A stretch of DNA of 64,000 nucleotides from the NCBI GenBank assembly GCA_002269645.1, contig NIVC01002278.1:62001-126000 (forward strand), read 5' to 3'. The notes below the pieces were generated by a model that searched no databases, was not told the origin of the DNA, and saw only the letters and a program-made list of their open reading frames with translations. Position 1 is the first letter of the stretch, and each line of letters begins with the position of its first letter. This stretch comes from Macrostomum lignano (lineage: Eukaryota). The position numbers were made by a program, and so were the translations under genes. This document shows, piece by piece, positions 36,955 through 48,204 of this stretch.

Positions 36955-39900
36955 TTTTCTTTTTTTCTCAGAATTCTATTGTGAACAGCAAACGCGTTGA
37001 ATGTCTCAGCTCTATGACTTGAGACTTTGGTCGCGTTTTCTTAACGTTTCTCTAAATTAGCATAAGAATCTCAAGTATGAGATCAGGCTTCCGATAAGAT
37101 AAACATTAAGAATAACTTTGCCATGGCAACCAGCGGCAACATTGGCTGAGAGACGTTTGCAAGCGGTAATTCAAGCCTACTGGCATGTAAATTTATAGAT
37201 ATGCTATCGTCCCCAAAGCGCAGTGGAAATATATGCTAATTTTTCATAACTAGCGAAGCGACTCGCCCTCAGTTGTGCACAGATTTTTTCTGAGCAAGGC
37301 GAAAATGAGTGCGCAATTGCCCCACCCAACCTTCTTATAGTCAATGCCTGCTACACACCCTCTGGCGTGCCAATCAATGCCGCCCTCCCTTCTCTTCTAT
37401 CTCTCGCTTTGCTTACCGTCAGTTAATTCGTTTTCCTTTTTAGAATTGCAACAAAATTTACCAGGTCCCGTGGCTGCAATTGCTTTGACCTTCATATCTA
37501 TCTAGCCCGTACATGAAAAAGTACAAATACGTTTTCACAGATAAAAGCAATTGTTCGTACAATTCTTCTACTACATGTGCATGTAGTAGAAGATTCAAGT
37601 TTAGCCCACAATTCTAAAAGAAGGGCTAAAATAGCTTGTAACTTCTCAGGATGGCAATTAGATATACTAAAAATCCACCTTACTAAATCTTAATAATCTA
37701 CTATACGTCATTTTTTAAATTTTTGAAGGCTCGAATTTCCATTGAATTAACTAGACAGGAAATTGTTTTATATATTTTAATGTTTGGATACATGCATGTA
37801 TTGATGACAGCGTTTGGATCCTTCCGGCCGATCGGAAAATTACAAATCCTGTTACTTATCGCTTTTTTTATCATCTAAAAATGCTAGGCCTGATGTCTGT
37901 CCTCGTAATGATACCACTGCCCGGACGGATAGCGTCCTTGCAAACGGACTAGTGCTGCTGTAGAATCAATTGGATTAACACACGTAGAATTAGTAAACTC
38001 TTATATAGGTCGTGTATTTACGTGTCCGTTATTTACATGTACGTTTCGCATCTGAACATAATGTGAAGATGTGAAGATAATGTGTATGTGAAGATAACTG
38101 TTTTTGCCACAAGTGAACCAGCCTAATCTTCTTAATAGGTCTATTAATTGCTGCTTGTGAGAAGTGCAGGAACTCAGACCCAGCTGAAAAATTCTCGATA
38201 GATATGTGTATGTTTCAGCTTTCTCCATCGCCTTTTCAGTAGAGTGAAACTGAAGGTCCTCTTTTTCTTTTTAACTATTATCGTGAATCATACTCAAGGC
38301 GAGATGCACGACAGCCAGAGCATTTGCGATCTAATCATAGCATTCATCAGATAAGTTTTTGAGATTCCGGTGTTTCTGAAAATAACAGGCTCGTTGTATC
38401 GATTAAAACAAAATGTTACTTACTAAATAGTAGTAACCTCTTAAGTTTATTTAATAGCCTAAACCAACATGAATTAACACATCTAATGCTGACAAATTAT
38501 TGGCTCTATTTTGCTCGGTATATCTGATTAGTCTTCCGTCAGTCAGCAACCAATGTTCTTCATCAACCAGTTTACTCGTATGCTTCTTTGTCTTCTTGTT
38601 CATATCACTCAAAAATTGTTCAAAAATTGAAACACTTAACTAAAATTGCTATAACTTTTTGCTCAATCAAATTTTACAAATGAGGTGTCAAAATTTTTAT
38701 TGCATTGATTACTAGCAGATTAAATAATTAAGAACAAAAATTCTAGGCTCTAATTTTCAAAATATTGTTAGACACTTACGTGTTTCTGTTAGTATTAAGC
38801 TATCAAAAATTTCCATGCAGGTCCCAAATATCCATGCATAGTTTGTGTATAAAAAAATAGGTAGAAATATATAATTGAACACATTTTTCAATCAAAGTTT
38901 TAATTGTATCTATTATCAATGTTTAGCTAATTAGTTATTAGGTAACTAAAATAAAATACTTAATTTAAAAAACTTTTTATAGGTCTACTTAGTGGTTATT
39001 TATAAAGAATAAAAAAGCAACAAGACAAGATACTTATATTCCATTTCATTGTAGCCTTGACTTTTGTTATAAAATTGGTTAGGCCCTATATTTTCAATTT
39101 GACAAATTGATAGGCCTACCAATACAATAACAATTGAAAAAAAATACACTTACAAGTACTTAACATATATTGGCAAGTTTAAAATATTTTAAAGATTTTT
39201 AATAGATTTTTTATAGATTTTTCAGATTCCCCATCCAAAGTTTTTACTTGTCAAACCTACTTATCAGGTAGTAGCAATCTAGAAATTGAGAAATCAGAAA
39301 TGCAATTTGTCACTGAGCAATAAATAAAGACTACTAATGAATCTTAGGAAATAAAAATCAAGCTACATTCTTAGTCACACATAAACTATATATATTTCTT
39401 TACTTACTTTAGTTGTCAGTCATCATTTCACTTAGTTGCTTTGTTAGTCATAGCTAGGCCCTATCTTGGCTTTTTTAGCTATAGTTGGTATAGCTAATAA
39501 TAATATGTTTATTGCTTAAATAGATAGATGATACAGACAAATCTTAACAAAATTTCTCCTGTTTTACTGCAACTGCTGACAATAGTCAAGCAATTGTTTA
39601 ATTGGCATGGTCATTCAGTTGGGTCCCATAGGCCTAACCTTTACATTTACCTTAACCTTTCCTATAACCTTTTATATAGCAATTAATAGAATATTTAATT
39701 TTAATATAAATTAGAATAGTAGTCACATGACTACTCTCAGCTAATAGATAGCTCAACTTACATGTGTGTTGTCAATAGAAATGGCCAGGTGATTCCCAAG
39801 GTTATGCATATATATATGGCCATATACTGGAAAGAATTTGGCATGTATTTTTCATTTTATATAAATTATGCTAAGCAAATAATACCAAGATTAAGATACT

Positions 39901-41004
39901 GATAATAAAATTAACTATAATCTGTATTTGCAAAAAACAGTCTTATACACAAAAATATAAGTTTGTAAGTCTTACTTATTAAGCTAAAGCTTATTTTTTC
40001 TTTTGTACATTCAACAAAAACAAAAATATCAGATAAAAAATCTGTTATTTATTTTATTTTGGTAAAATAAAGATGTAAAGCATAATAAGATTATTTTCTA
40101 ATTTATTAGATCTTGTAAAGTTATAAACTGGAGCAACAAAAAGCAAATTGGGATATTAAGATTTTAAGTAAGCCTACCAAAGACATTTAGCCTTAATAAG
40201 ACAGTCATAGTTAATCCTGCCATTTATCCTAAATTTCATTAATTTTTGCTTTAGGGTTTCTTTCATAGGTTAGTTGCATTGCCAGTGTAGATCAAAGGAG
40301 TTGTGCATGTATATAACCATTATTCTAATATTCTGATCTTCTTGGTAGAAAATCAGTTGTATAAAAAATTTTATGATCAAGATCCAATTTTTTCTCATAC
40401 CCTAGGATTTAACAATTGCATGAGTGAGATTGGGATCTATCTAATATATGAGTATAGGCAGATATAAAGATTGGGCAAAATTGGGTAGAGCCAAGATCCC
40501 TGGTTGTAAGATCCTAATACCAAAAAAGTTGATTATATCTAATAGTTACCTGGTGAGAAGGTAAGCATAACTATTTATTAATCATAATGAGTGCAAATTT
40601 TATTGTATAAAAATGATTTTTGACATAGTTACTATGGCAACTATAATAAAATAAATATCTATGATAGTAACAAATGTTCCTATGTTCCAAAAACTGTTCT
40701 TATGACTACAACTATGAAAATATGATGATTTAAAATGAAGCCATAATTCTGCCTAACAGCTATGTCTATGGTTGAAAGACTGGTCTTATACTATAACAAT
40801 GCATAAGATTATAATAAGTTTTCATTTAAAAAATGTAATAAGTACTTTTATGGTTGTATGAAAATTTAATAGATTAGTTTTTTATTGCATGGTCTGCAGT
40901 GCTGCAGGAGGCTTAGCCAATTGCAACACAGGGCAAAATAATTATAAAAAATAATTGTTAGTATTTCATCAGACTCAACTGCAGCTTAGCTCTCTATCAT
41001 CATC

Positions 41005-44000
41005 ATGTCTGAGAATGATAATCAGCAGCCACTGGCCACTGTGTTCTGCAAGAACGGCTGCGGCTTCTATGGCTCCAACCAGTTTGATGGCCTGTGCAGT
41101 GTCTGCTTCAAGCAGGCCCTATCCAAGGGCCAGCCTCAGGTGCCTGCGCCTGTAATGCATTCTTCAGCATCTTGTGAGTTATTGGCTGCTGCCACAGGAA
41201 TGAGAACCTTAGCAGTAAAGTTATAAAACAAATTAACTAAGACTAACAACAGTTCTGTTATCCAACTGAGAGTGTAAGCAGAGTGCAAAATGCAAACTGC
41301 TGTCCATGCTTTGCTGATGTCGTAACCCGGGTCGGTTAGGGTGCCTAGTCCTGAGTACAATATTTTATATGTAATATAACAGGCGTAGTGACGCTCTGTC
41401 TGTACTTTTATGGATATGAACAGGCGTGACGACGCTCTGCGATAATAGTTCGATCCCTCTGGTGTTGTGACACTCAGAGTTCACGCTGCGGCTCGATGTG
41501 TGGTGACACTCTCGGGTGCTTCTAGTTTCGATACTGTAGGTTGTACACACTATATAAAGTAACCGGTACAGTACTACAATAATACACAATATACAACGCT
41601 GCTGTGCTGCAGTGGTCACAGTCGCAGGCGTGATGACGCTCTAGCTATGGAATCACTGCTACGGCAAGGCCTCGGAAAAACTAAAGAAGCGAATGAACTC
41701 GGGGATCTTACCGGTGCCAGAAACTGTGGAGCTCGTTTGAATATCGCCAACACTTGACCGCTTTATTTGCTCCCAATCAATTGAGTCCTCGCAGTAAGGG
41801 ACCGTATAGACACGGCTCGCTTGAGTATCGCTAGTTTAGTTTGAAGAACTAGGCGCGGGGCGCGGAGCGGAGTGTGAGGAGCTGGCTGGGCCAGGCTTGA
41901 GCACTATATACCACTTAACAGGGTAGAGGGGCAGACAGCGCGAGAGAGAGACGCCAAACAAAAGAGACGACCCCTCAGCCAATCAGCGTGCCCGCCGAGC
42001 AGATCTGATTGACTGGGGGCCAGAAAAGAAAAACACAAGCCCAGCCAATCAGTGGCCGCCGCGGGGAAAGACTCAAGCTGGGCCAAGCGCCCCCCCCCCC
42101 CCCAACCAGCCAGAACTGGTCTGGAGATGGCCGCCTACGGCGCACGCAAAAACAACTCAAAAAGTGCAAGAGCACTCAACAGGCCAGACACCACACTGAG
42201 GAGACAAGAGTGCCCCCCATTTTTTCCTAGTAGTAGGGCACATAATGCAAACAAGGACTACTTAACTGAAAGGATGGAAAACTGCGTCTCTTAGAAAATG
42301 TTAAGGAGGCTCGTTTTTGCCGAAAAATACACTACGGAGATAGGAACTTTTAATTTTTTTAGCACAAGAATTGTTGTTTATCTTTATAGCTCTCTAATAG
42401 CTCTAAAGCTATTTGTTCTGCGTAAATTCCCTGTACCTAAAAGTCATGAAAATGCATGGCACAGCTCGACTCTGGTTTTATTAATCTATTTGATCATCTC
42501 TGTTACACATATTGTTACACAGTCAGCCAAGAATGATAAAAAAAATCCATAAAACTAATAAGACGAGCCGTGCCATTTTACTGGTTTTTAAGCACTGGAC
42601 ATTTACGAATGTATGTAGAATAAAAATTAATATGGAATCCTAATTTTCTGAACGAAAAGCTTTATAATTAGCAATGGAGCTATAAGAAAGGCACAACATA
42701 TCAAAGGATGAACATTGGGTCTGCCTCCTATCGAAAGCAATAACAATTCTTGTGCTGAAAAAATGAGAACTTTCAAAAAAAGTTGCTCAAATTCAGCAGA
42801 GCATTGAAGCTAAGCAATTGCTACTTGTTAAGACTTAAACAACCTGAAAAGTAGGCTTTAGGCAGGGGTTGGCAAACTTTTTTACCTCAAAGGCCAGATA
42901 GGGAATTCAGCTCTTGTCTGCGGGCAAATGAGAGTGACAAGGAAAGATAAACGAGGAGAGAAAAGGGGAGAGGGAAGAGGAAAAGAGATAAAGAAGACAG
43001 GGGAGAAGGGAGAGAAGAGAGAGAGAAGAGACAGAGCTGAGCAGAGTCACAAACCTTGAGCAGGCCGGATTGCTATTGTGAAGTTTCAAAGGACCCGAAA
43101 GCCGGAGAGAGGCTTCGAGGGCCGCGTATGGCCCGCGGACCGGAGTTTGCCGATCCCTGGCTTTGGGGATCCTGCAGAAACCCTTGAGTCAATAATCTTA
43201 GAGGAAAGGGGACAGCTCACCCTGCCCCCTGTTTCACCTGATTCAAACTATGACTCAAAAAAACATTTATGCAGCTTCTTCTCTGCGTGCTGCTCATTCT
43301 ACCGCCGCCGCCGCCGCCTCCGATGCCATTTCAACGCCTGACGCTGCGCCTTCGCTGCTGCCAGCACAGCCGGCCGGCGCCCTGACGTCAAATCTGTCAA
43401 CCTCGTCGTTCCTTAGCGTGAACTCGTCTGGTAAGCTGAATGCTTTTAATTGTGAGTTTAATTGCTTCGTTAGAGACTCGGGATGCTGGAGTAGTTTTCT
43501 GGGAATGCGAAAATTTCATTTCATTTCTGAATCACCAGTTACTAGGCAGGGGTCGGCATCGGCAAGCTTATTTACCTTAAGGACAAGATACAGAATTCAC
43601 CTCATGGTCGCAGGCCAGTTAAGAACGGAAAAAATAGATGAGATGGGAGATAAGAGATAGGAGAGGAGGGAGATAGGAGGAGAGAGATAGGAGGAGAGGA
43701 AGATAGGAGAGAGGAGGGAGATAGGAGGAGAGAGAGATAGGAGGAGAGGAGGGAGATAGGAGGAGAGGAGTTAGATAGGAGGAGAGGAGGGAGATAGGAG
43801 GAAAGGAGGGAGATAGGAGGAGAGGAGGGAGATATGAGGAGAGGAGGGAGATAGGAGGAGAGGAGGGAGATAGGAGGAGAGGAGGGAGATAGGAGGAGAG
43901 AAGAGAGATAGGAGGAGAGGAGGGAGATAGGAGGAGAGGAGGGAGATAGGAGGAGAGGAGGGAGATAGGAGGAGAGGAGGGAGATAGGAGGAGAGGAGGG

Positions 44001-47000
44001 AGATAGGAGGAGAGGAAGATAGGAGGAGGGGAGGGAGATAGGAGGAGAGGAAGATAGGAGGAGGGGAGGGAGATAGGAGGAGAGAGCTAGGAGAGGAGAG
44101 AGAGGAGGGGAGAGAGGATAAAGAGAGGGGAGAGAAGAGAAAGAAGAGGGGAGAGAGAAGAGAAAGAAGAGGGGAGAGAGAAGAGAAAGAAGAGGGGAGA
44201 GAGAAGAGAAAGAAGAGGGGAGAGAAAAGAGAAAGAAGAGGGGAGAGAGAAGAGAAAGAAGAGGGGAGAGAGAAGAGAGAGAAGAGGGGAGAGAAAAGAG
44301 AAAGAAGAGGGGAGAGAAGAGAGGAGAGAAAACAGCAGAGAAGAGAGACAAACCTTGAGCGGGCCGGATTGCTATTTTGAAGTTTCAAAAGACCCGGATT
44401 CCGGATGAAGTGGCTTTACGGGCCGCATGTGGACCGCAGACTGGAGTTTAGCGACCCCTAAAATAGGTTTACTAAATAAGCTACTCTGTCAGTTAACGAT
44501 ACTACTTTTGTTTAGGCGTCTGTTAAGAGTTTTTTAGTTTAAATTTGAGATTTACAAAAACTTTATGTTCTTTTTAATTGGCTTCCAGCTTCTGTCTATG
44601 GCGAAAACCATAGCGTGAAAGAAATCATTACACTGCATCTGTGACATCATGCGCGCGTGCTCAATTTCTTTTGCAGAGGCCAGCGCGGCTGAATCGTCCG
44701 ATTCTCAGCAGCCACAATCGGCTGCCGGCTCGTCGTCAACTACTAGCAGTAGTAAGCGTAGAAATCGATGCGAAATTTGTAAAAAGAAGGTTGGATTAAC
44801 CGGTAAGCTATTTATATATACTACTGCTAGTAAATAGTTTTCTATACGAACAGTTCATTAAGCAACTAGTTAGTCAGCTTGCTATTTAATTTATTCATTA
44901 GACAAATATTTCATCACACAATGGTTTAATTAGGCGCAATTAGTTTATTAGCTAGTTAGTTAATTAACAATATTTAACTAGACAATTAGTTCATTAGAAA
45001 ATTATTGCATTTGAAAAATTGTTGCATTAGACAATTAGTTTCTTAGACAGTTATTTTATTCAACAATAAGTTCATTAGTTTATTAGCCAATTAGCATATT
45101 AGCCAGTCCTGTCATAAGAATTTGCTATCGCCTAGCATTAGCCAATTAGATAGAATTGTGAAGGAAAGAACCTTAGGCCTGTTCACAGATACTCTAGAAT
45201 CTATAATAACTAGATGGGCCACTCAGGCATAAATACAGTAAGCAGTAAAACAGCTTTCTACTTTCAGTTCAGTAGCTAAGAAGAATACATAAGCTATTTT
45301 ATAAAAAGAAAGCCAGCTGAAACGACATTGATAAGGCAAGCAGCCCAAGCTTGCAGGCGTAAACAACTTGCTAATTGGTTCAGCAATAATGTACATTAGC
45401 CAGTCCACTGAAATGTACATGGCAGCTTTAGGCTGGATTTCCGAGAAAGGCAATAAAAATTGGGGTGGGGCGGGTGGAGGGGTAGGGTGGAAGGGCGCGG
45501 TTGGGGGGTTTAAGCGGGTCGCTTTCACAAGCGCTAATTTTCATAACCGCTAACGACATTGACTTTCACAAGCGCTAAATTTCACAAGCGCTAAACTTCA
45601 TAATAGCTAAAAATTTGCCGCCTACTTTCACAAGCGCTAAACTTCACAAACGCTAAACTTCAGAATAGCGAAACCACCTACTTTCACAAGCGCTAAACTT
45701 CACATTAGCTACGAATTTGTCACCTACTTTCACAACCGCTAAACTTCACAAACGCTAAACTTCACAAACGCTAAACTTCACAAACGCTAAACGTTAAAAA
45801 CCGCTAAAATACGAATGTCGGCTACTTTCACAAGCGCTAAACTTCACAAGCGCTAAACTTCACAAACGCTAAACTTCACAAACTCTAAGCACGAATGTCG
45901 TCTTTCACAAGCGCTAAAATAGTATATTAGTATATTAGTATAGTATATTAGTATTAGTATATTAGTATATATAGTAAATTAACATTTTAGCGCTTGTAAA
46001 AGAAACCGACATTCGTGTTTTGGGGATTGTAAAGGTTAGCGTTTGTGAAGTTTAGCGCTTGTGAAGGTAGGCGACATTTGTGTTTTAGCGGTTGTGAGGT
46101 TTAGCGTTTGTGAAGTTTAGCGCTTGTGAAAGTAGGCGACATTTGTGTTTTAGCGGTTGTGAGGTTTAGCGTTTGTGAAGTTTAGCGCTTGTGAAAGTAG
46201 GCGACATTTGTGTTTTAGCGGTTGTGAAGTTTAGCGTTTGTGAAGTTTAGCGCTTGTAAAAGTAGGTGACAAATTCGTAGCTAATGTGAAGTTTAGCGCT
46301 TGTGAAGTTTAGCGCTTGTGAAAGTAGGTGGTTTCGCTATTCTGAAGTTTAGCGTTTGTGAAGTTTAGCGCTTGTGAAAGTAGGCGGCAAATTTTTAGCT
46401 ATTATGAAGTTTAGCGCTTATGAAATTTAGCGTTTGTGAAAGTAGGTGGCGAATTTATAGCTATTATGAAGTTTAGCGCTTGTGAAGTTTAGCGCTTGTG
46501 AAAGTAGGTGGTTTCGCTATTCTGAAGTTTAGCGCTTGTGAAATTTAGCGTTTGTGAAAGTAGGTGGCGAATTTATAGCTATTATGAAGTTTAGCGCTTG
46601 TGAAGTTTAGCGCTTGTGAAAGTAAGTGAGTTAGCGGTTATGAAGTTTAGCGTTTGGGAAATTTAGCGCTTGTGAAAGTAGGTGAGTTAGCGCCTATGAA
46701 AATTAGCGCTTGTGAAGCCTCCCCGTTTAAGCGTGGGGGGTAAGAGCCAATAAATGAGCCTTGGCTTTAAAAATACATTAAAATGCTTCAGTTTAACTTA
46801 CTACTTAACTGAAAGTAGCTTACACGCAAATGTGCTGAGTGGCCCATCCAGTTATTCTAGTATCTGTGGGCCTGTTGAACATTCGCTCGAATCTTCCATA
46901 CGCTTTACTGTCTGTATTATAAAAAAACACTCCAGGCTTCGAGTGCCGCTGCGGCGGAGTCTACTGCTCAGTGCACAGATACAGCGACAAGCACGACTGT

Positions 47001-47084
47001 CAATTTGATTATCAGGGCGTGGGCCAAGCTGAGATTCGCAAGGCCAATCCCGTTGTGGTTAAAAGCAAAGTTGACAAGCTCTGA
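41005..47084 (+). CDS. ZFAND5/6: A20/AN1 zinc-finger protein, join(41005..41173,43275..43430,44677..44802,46936..47084), 199 aa
   Basis: A20 finger [23 protein letters not shown]; AN1 finger [13 protein letters not shown]|[26 protein letters not shown]...[16 protein letters not shown]. Three phase-1 GT..AG introns; 600 nt. Confidence 0.94.
41318..42195 (-). mobile_element. Probable solo LTR (878 bp), antisense in ZFAND intron 1
   Basis: Termini TGTGGTG...TACGACA on the minus strand; 4-bp direct repeat CTGA at 41314-41317 and 42196-42199. GC-richer than its flanks. On the minus strand the order is CCAAT-type boxes (about 42045, 41980), TATATA (41910-41905), AATAAA (41767-41762). A 4-bp TSD alone is weak evidence. 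Confidence 0.6.
41770..41816 (-). other. Spliced-leader-exon-like sequence inside the solo LTR
   Basis: The minus strand reads GCCGTGTCTATACGGTCCCTTACTGCGAGGACTCAATTGATTGGGAG. The core 41805-41774 matches the recalled M. lignano SL core ACGGTCTCTTACTGCGAAGACTCAATTTATTG at 29/32. The reference is from memory. Confidence 0.6.
42863..43159 (+). mobile_element. hAT (Charlie-like) MITE, copy 1
   Basis: TIRs caggggttggcaaact / agtttgccgatccctg; 8-bp TSD gctttagg / gctttggg. Confidence 0.85.
43547..44460 (+). mobile_element. hAT MITE copy 2, with an about 700-bp purine-rich (GGAGA/GAAGA) internal expansion
   Basis: caggggtcggc start and gagtttagcgacccct end; shares acaaaccttgagc..ccggattgctatt..gaagtttcaaa with copy 1; TSD degenerate. 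Confidence 0.8.
45184..46868. mobile_element. Non-autonomous TIR element (hAT- or P-superfamily) hosting the foldback insertion
   Basis: Ends CACAGATAC...GTATCTGTG; subterminal inverted match tagatgggccactcag / ctgagtggcccatcca; perfect 8-bp TSD ggcctgtt at 45176-45183 and 46869-46876. Confidence 0.8.
45517..46724. mobile_element. Foldback / MULE-like element with modular inverted arms
   Basis: ttcacaagcgctaaa subrepeats on the left (to about 45920) and tttagcgcttgtgaa on the right (from about 45985); AT-rich spacer; perfect 9-bp TSD gtttaagcg at 45508-45516 and 46725-46733. Confidence 0.88.
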
Positions 47085-47229
47085 GGGCTTGGCTGAGAGA
47101 ACTTTCGTCTGTTATATCTGCATCTGTTACTAAACTGTTGTTTTTTATTACTATTATTATTATTGCTCGCGACGTCGTGAACGACTGCTCTGGCTTTTTA
47201 TTGATTGTTCGATCTTTTTTTAGCGATTA

Positions 47230-47300
47230 AAGGCTTATCTGTCTGTCTGTCTGCCTGTCTGTCTGTCTGTCTGTCTGCCTGTCTGTCTGTCTGCCTGTCA

Positions 47301-47336
<36 letters not shown>

Positions 47337-47397
47337 GCCTGTCTGTCTGTCTGCCTGTCTGTCTGCCCCTGTCTGCCTGTCAGTCTGTCTGTCTGCC

Positions 47398-47430
<33 letters not shown>

Positions 47431-47525
47431 GCCTGTCTGTCTGTCTGTCTGTCTGCCCTTCTGTTTGCCTGTCTGTCTGCCTGTCTGTCTGTCTGTTTGT
47501 GTGTCCGTCTGTGTGTCCGTCTGTC
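47230..47525. repeat. (TCTG/CCTG)n microsatellite downstream of the ZFAND stop
   Basis: Visible. Confidence 0.95.
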
Positions 47526-48204
47526 TGTCTAGGGCTTACTAGAGCTGAGAAGTGTTACCTGTCACCTGTTATAGAATCGTGTCTCCGCAGCAGTCGCTCC
47601 AGTTTGCATGAATAATTAGATGACCAGATAATTGCTAACTAATATATTATACGTGACAATTATTTTAATTATTTGCCAATAGCTAGAGGGGTTTTCTGTC
47701 CTTAGCGTAGCGTTTCAATTTACAGGTAGTAACGCTTAAGCTAGACTGAGCAGACATTTCTAGATAACATATCGCGCCCCGACACTACCTGTTTTGCTTT
47801 CCTTTTTTGATTACTTGTTACTGCACCCCTACCTTCCTCTGGGCGTTATTAATCGTCCTTATACGTGTATCATATTGTTCAATAATTGTTAATTATCATT
47901 TGTGTAGCTTGGTAGACGGCAAACTTAATGTTGCTTGAACGCTTATAGCCTCGCATTATCAACCCTAGCTGGCTTCCTGTAATTCTTCTGTATTTATTTT
48001 CTTCTTGGCACTTTTCTCAGGCTCTAGTTAGCTTAGCTGTTAATGAGAGAATAGGGCATGGGAGGGAGAGATACTGTACATACTTTCGGATTTAATTGGT
48101 GTTGTCGTCTCATTATTTAATTGTTAATTTCATTTAATTAACATCCCCTGAGCTTGTAATTATCCTGCTATTAGTGTGTATGCCTCCCATATCTTCATGC
48201 TGAG

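Noticed and set aside
41770-41816. Canonical SL RNA gene
   Set aside because: No terminal ATG, no GT directly after the SL-like block and no clear Sm site; kept only as an SL-like sequence within an LTR.
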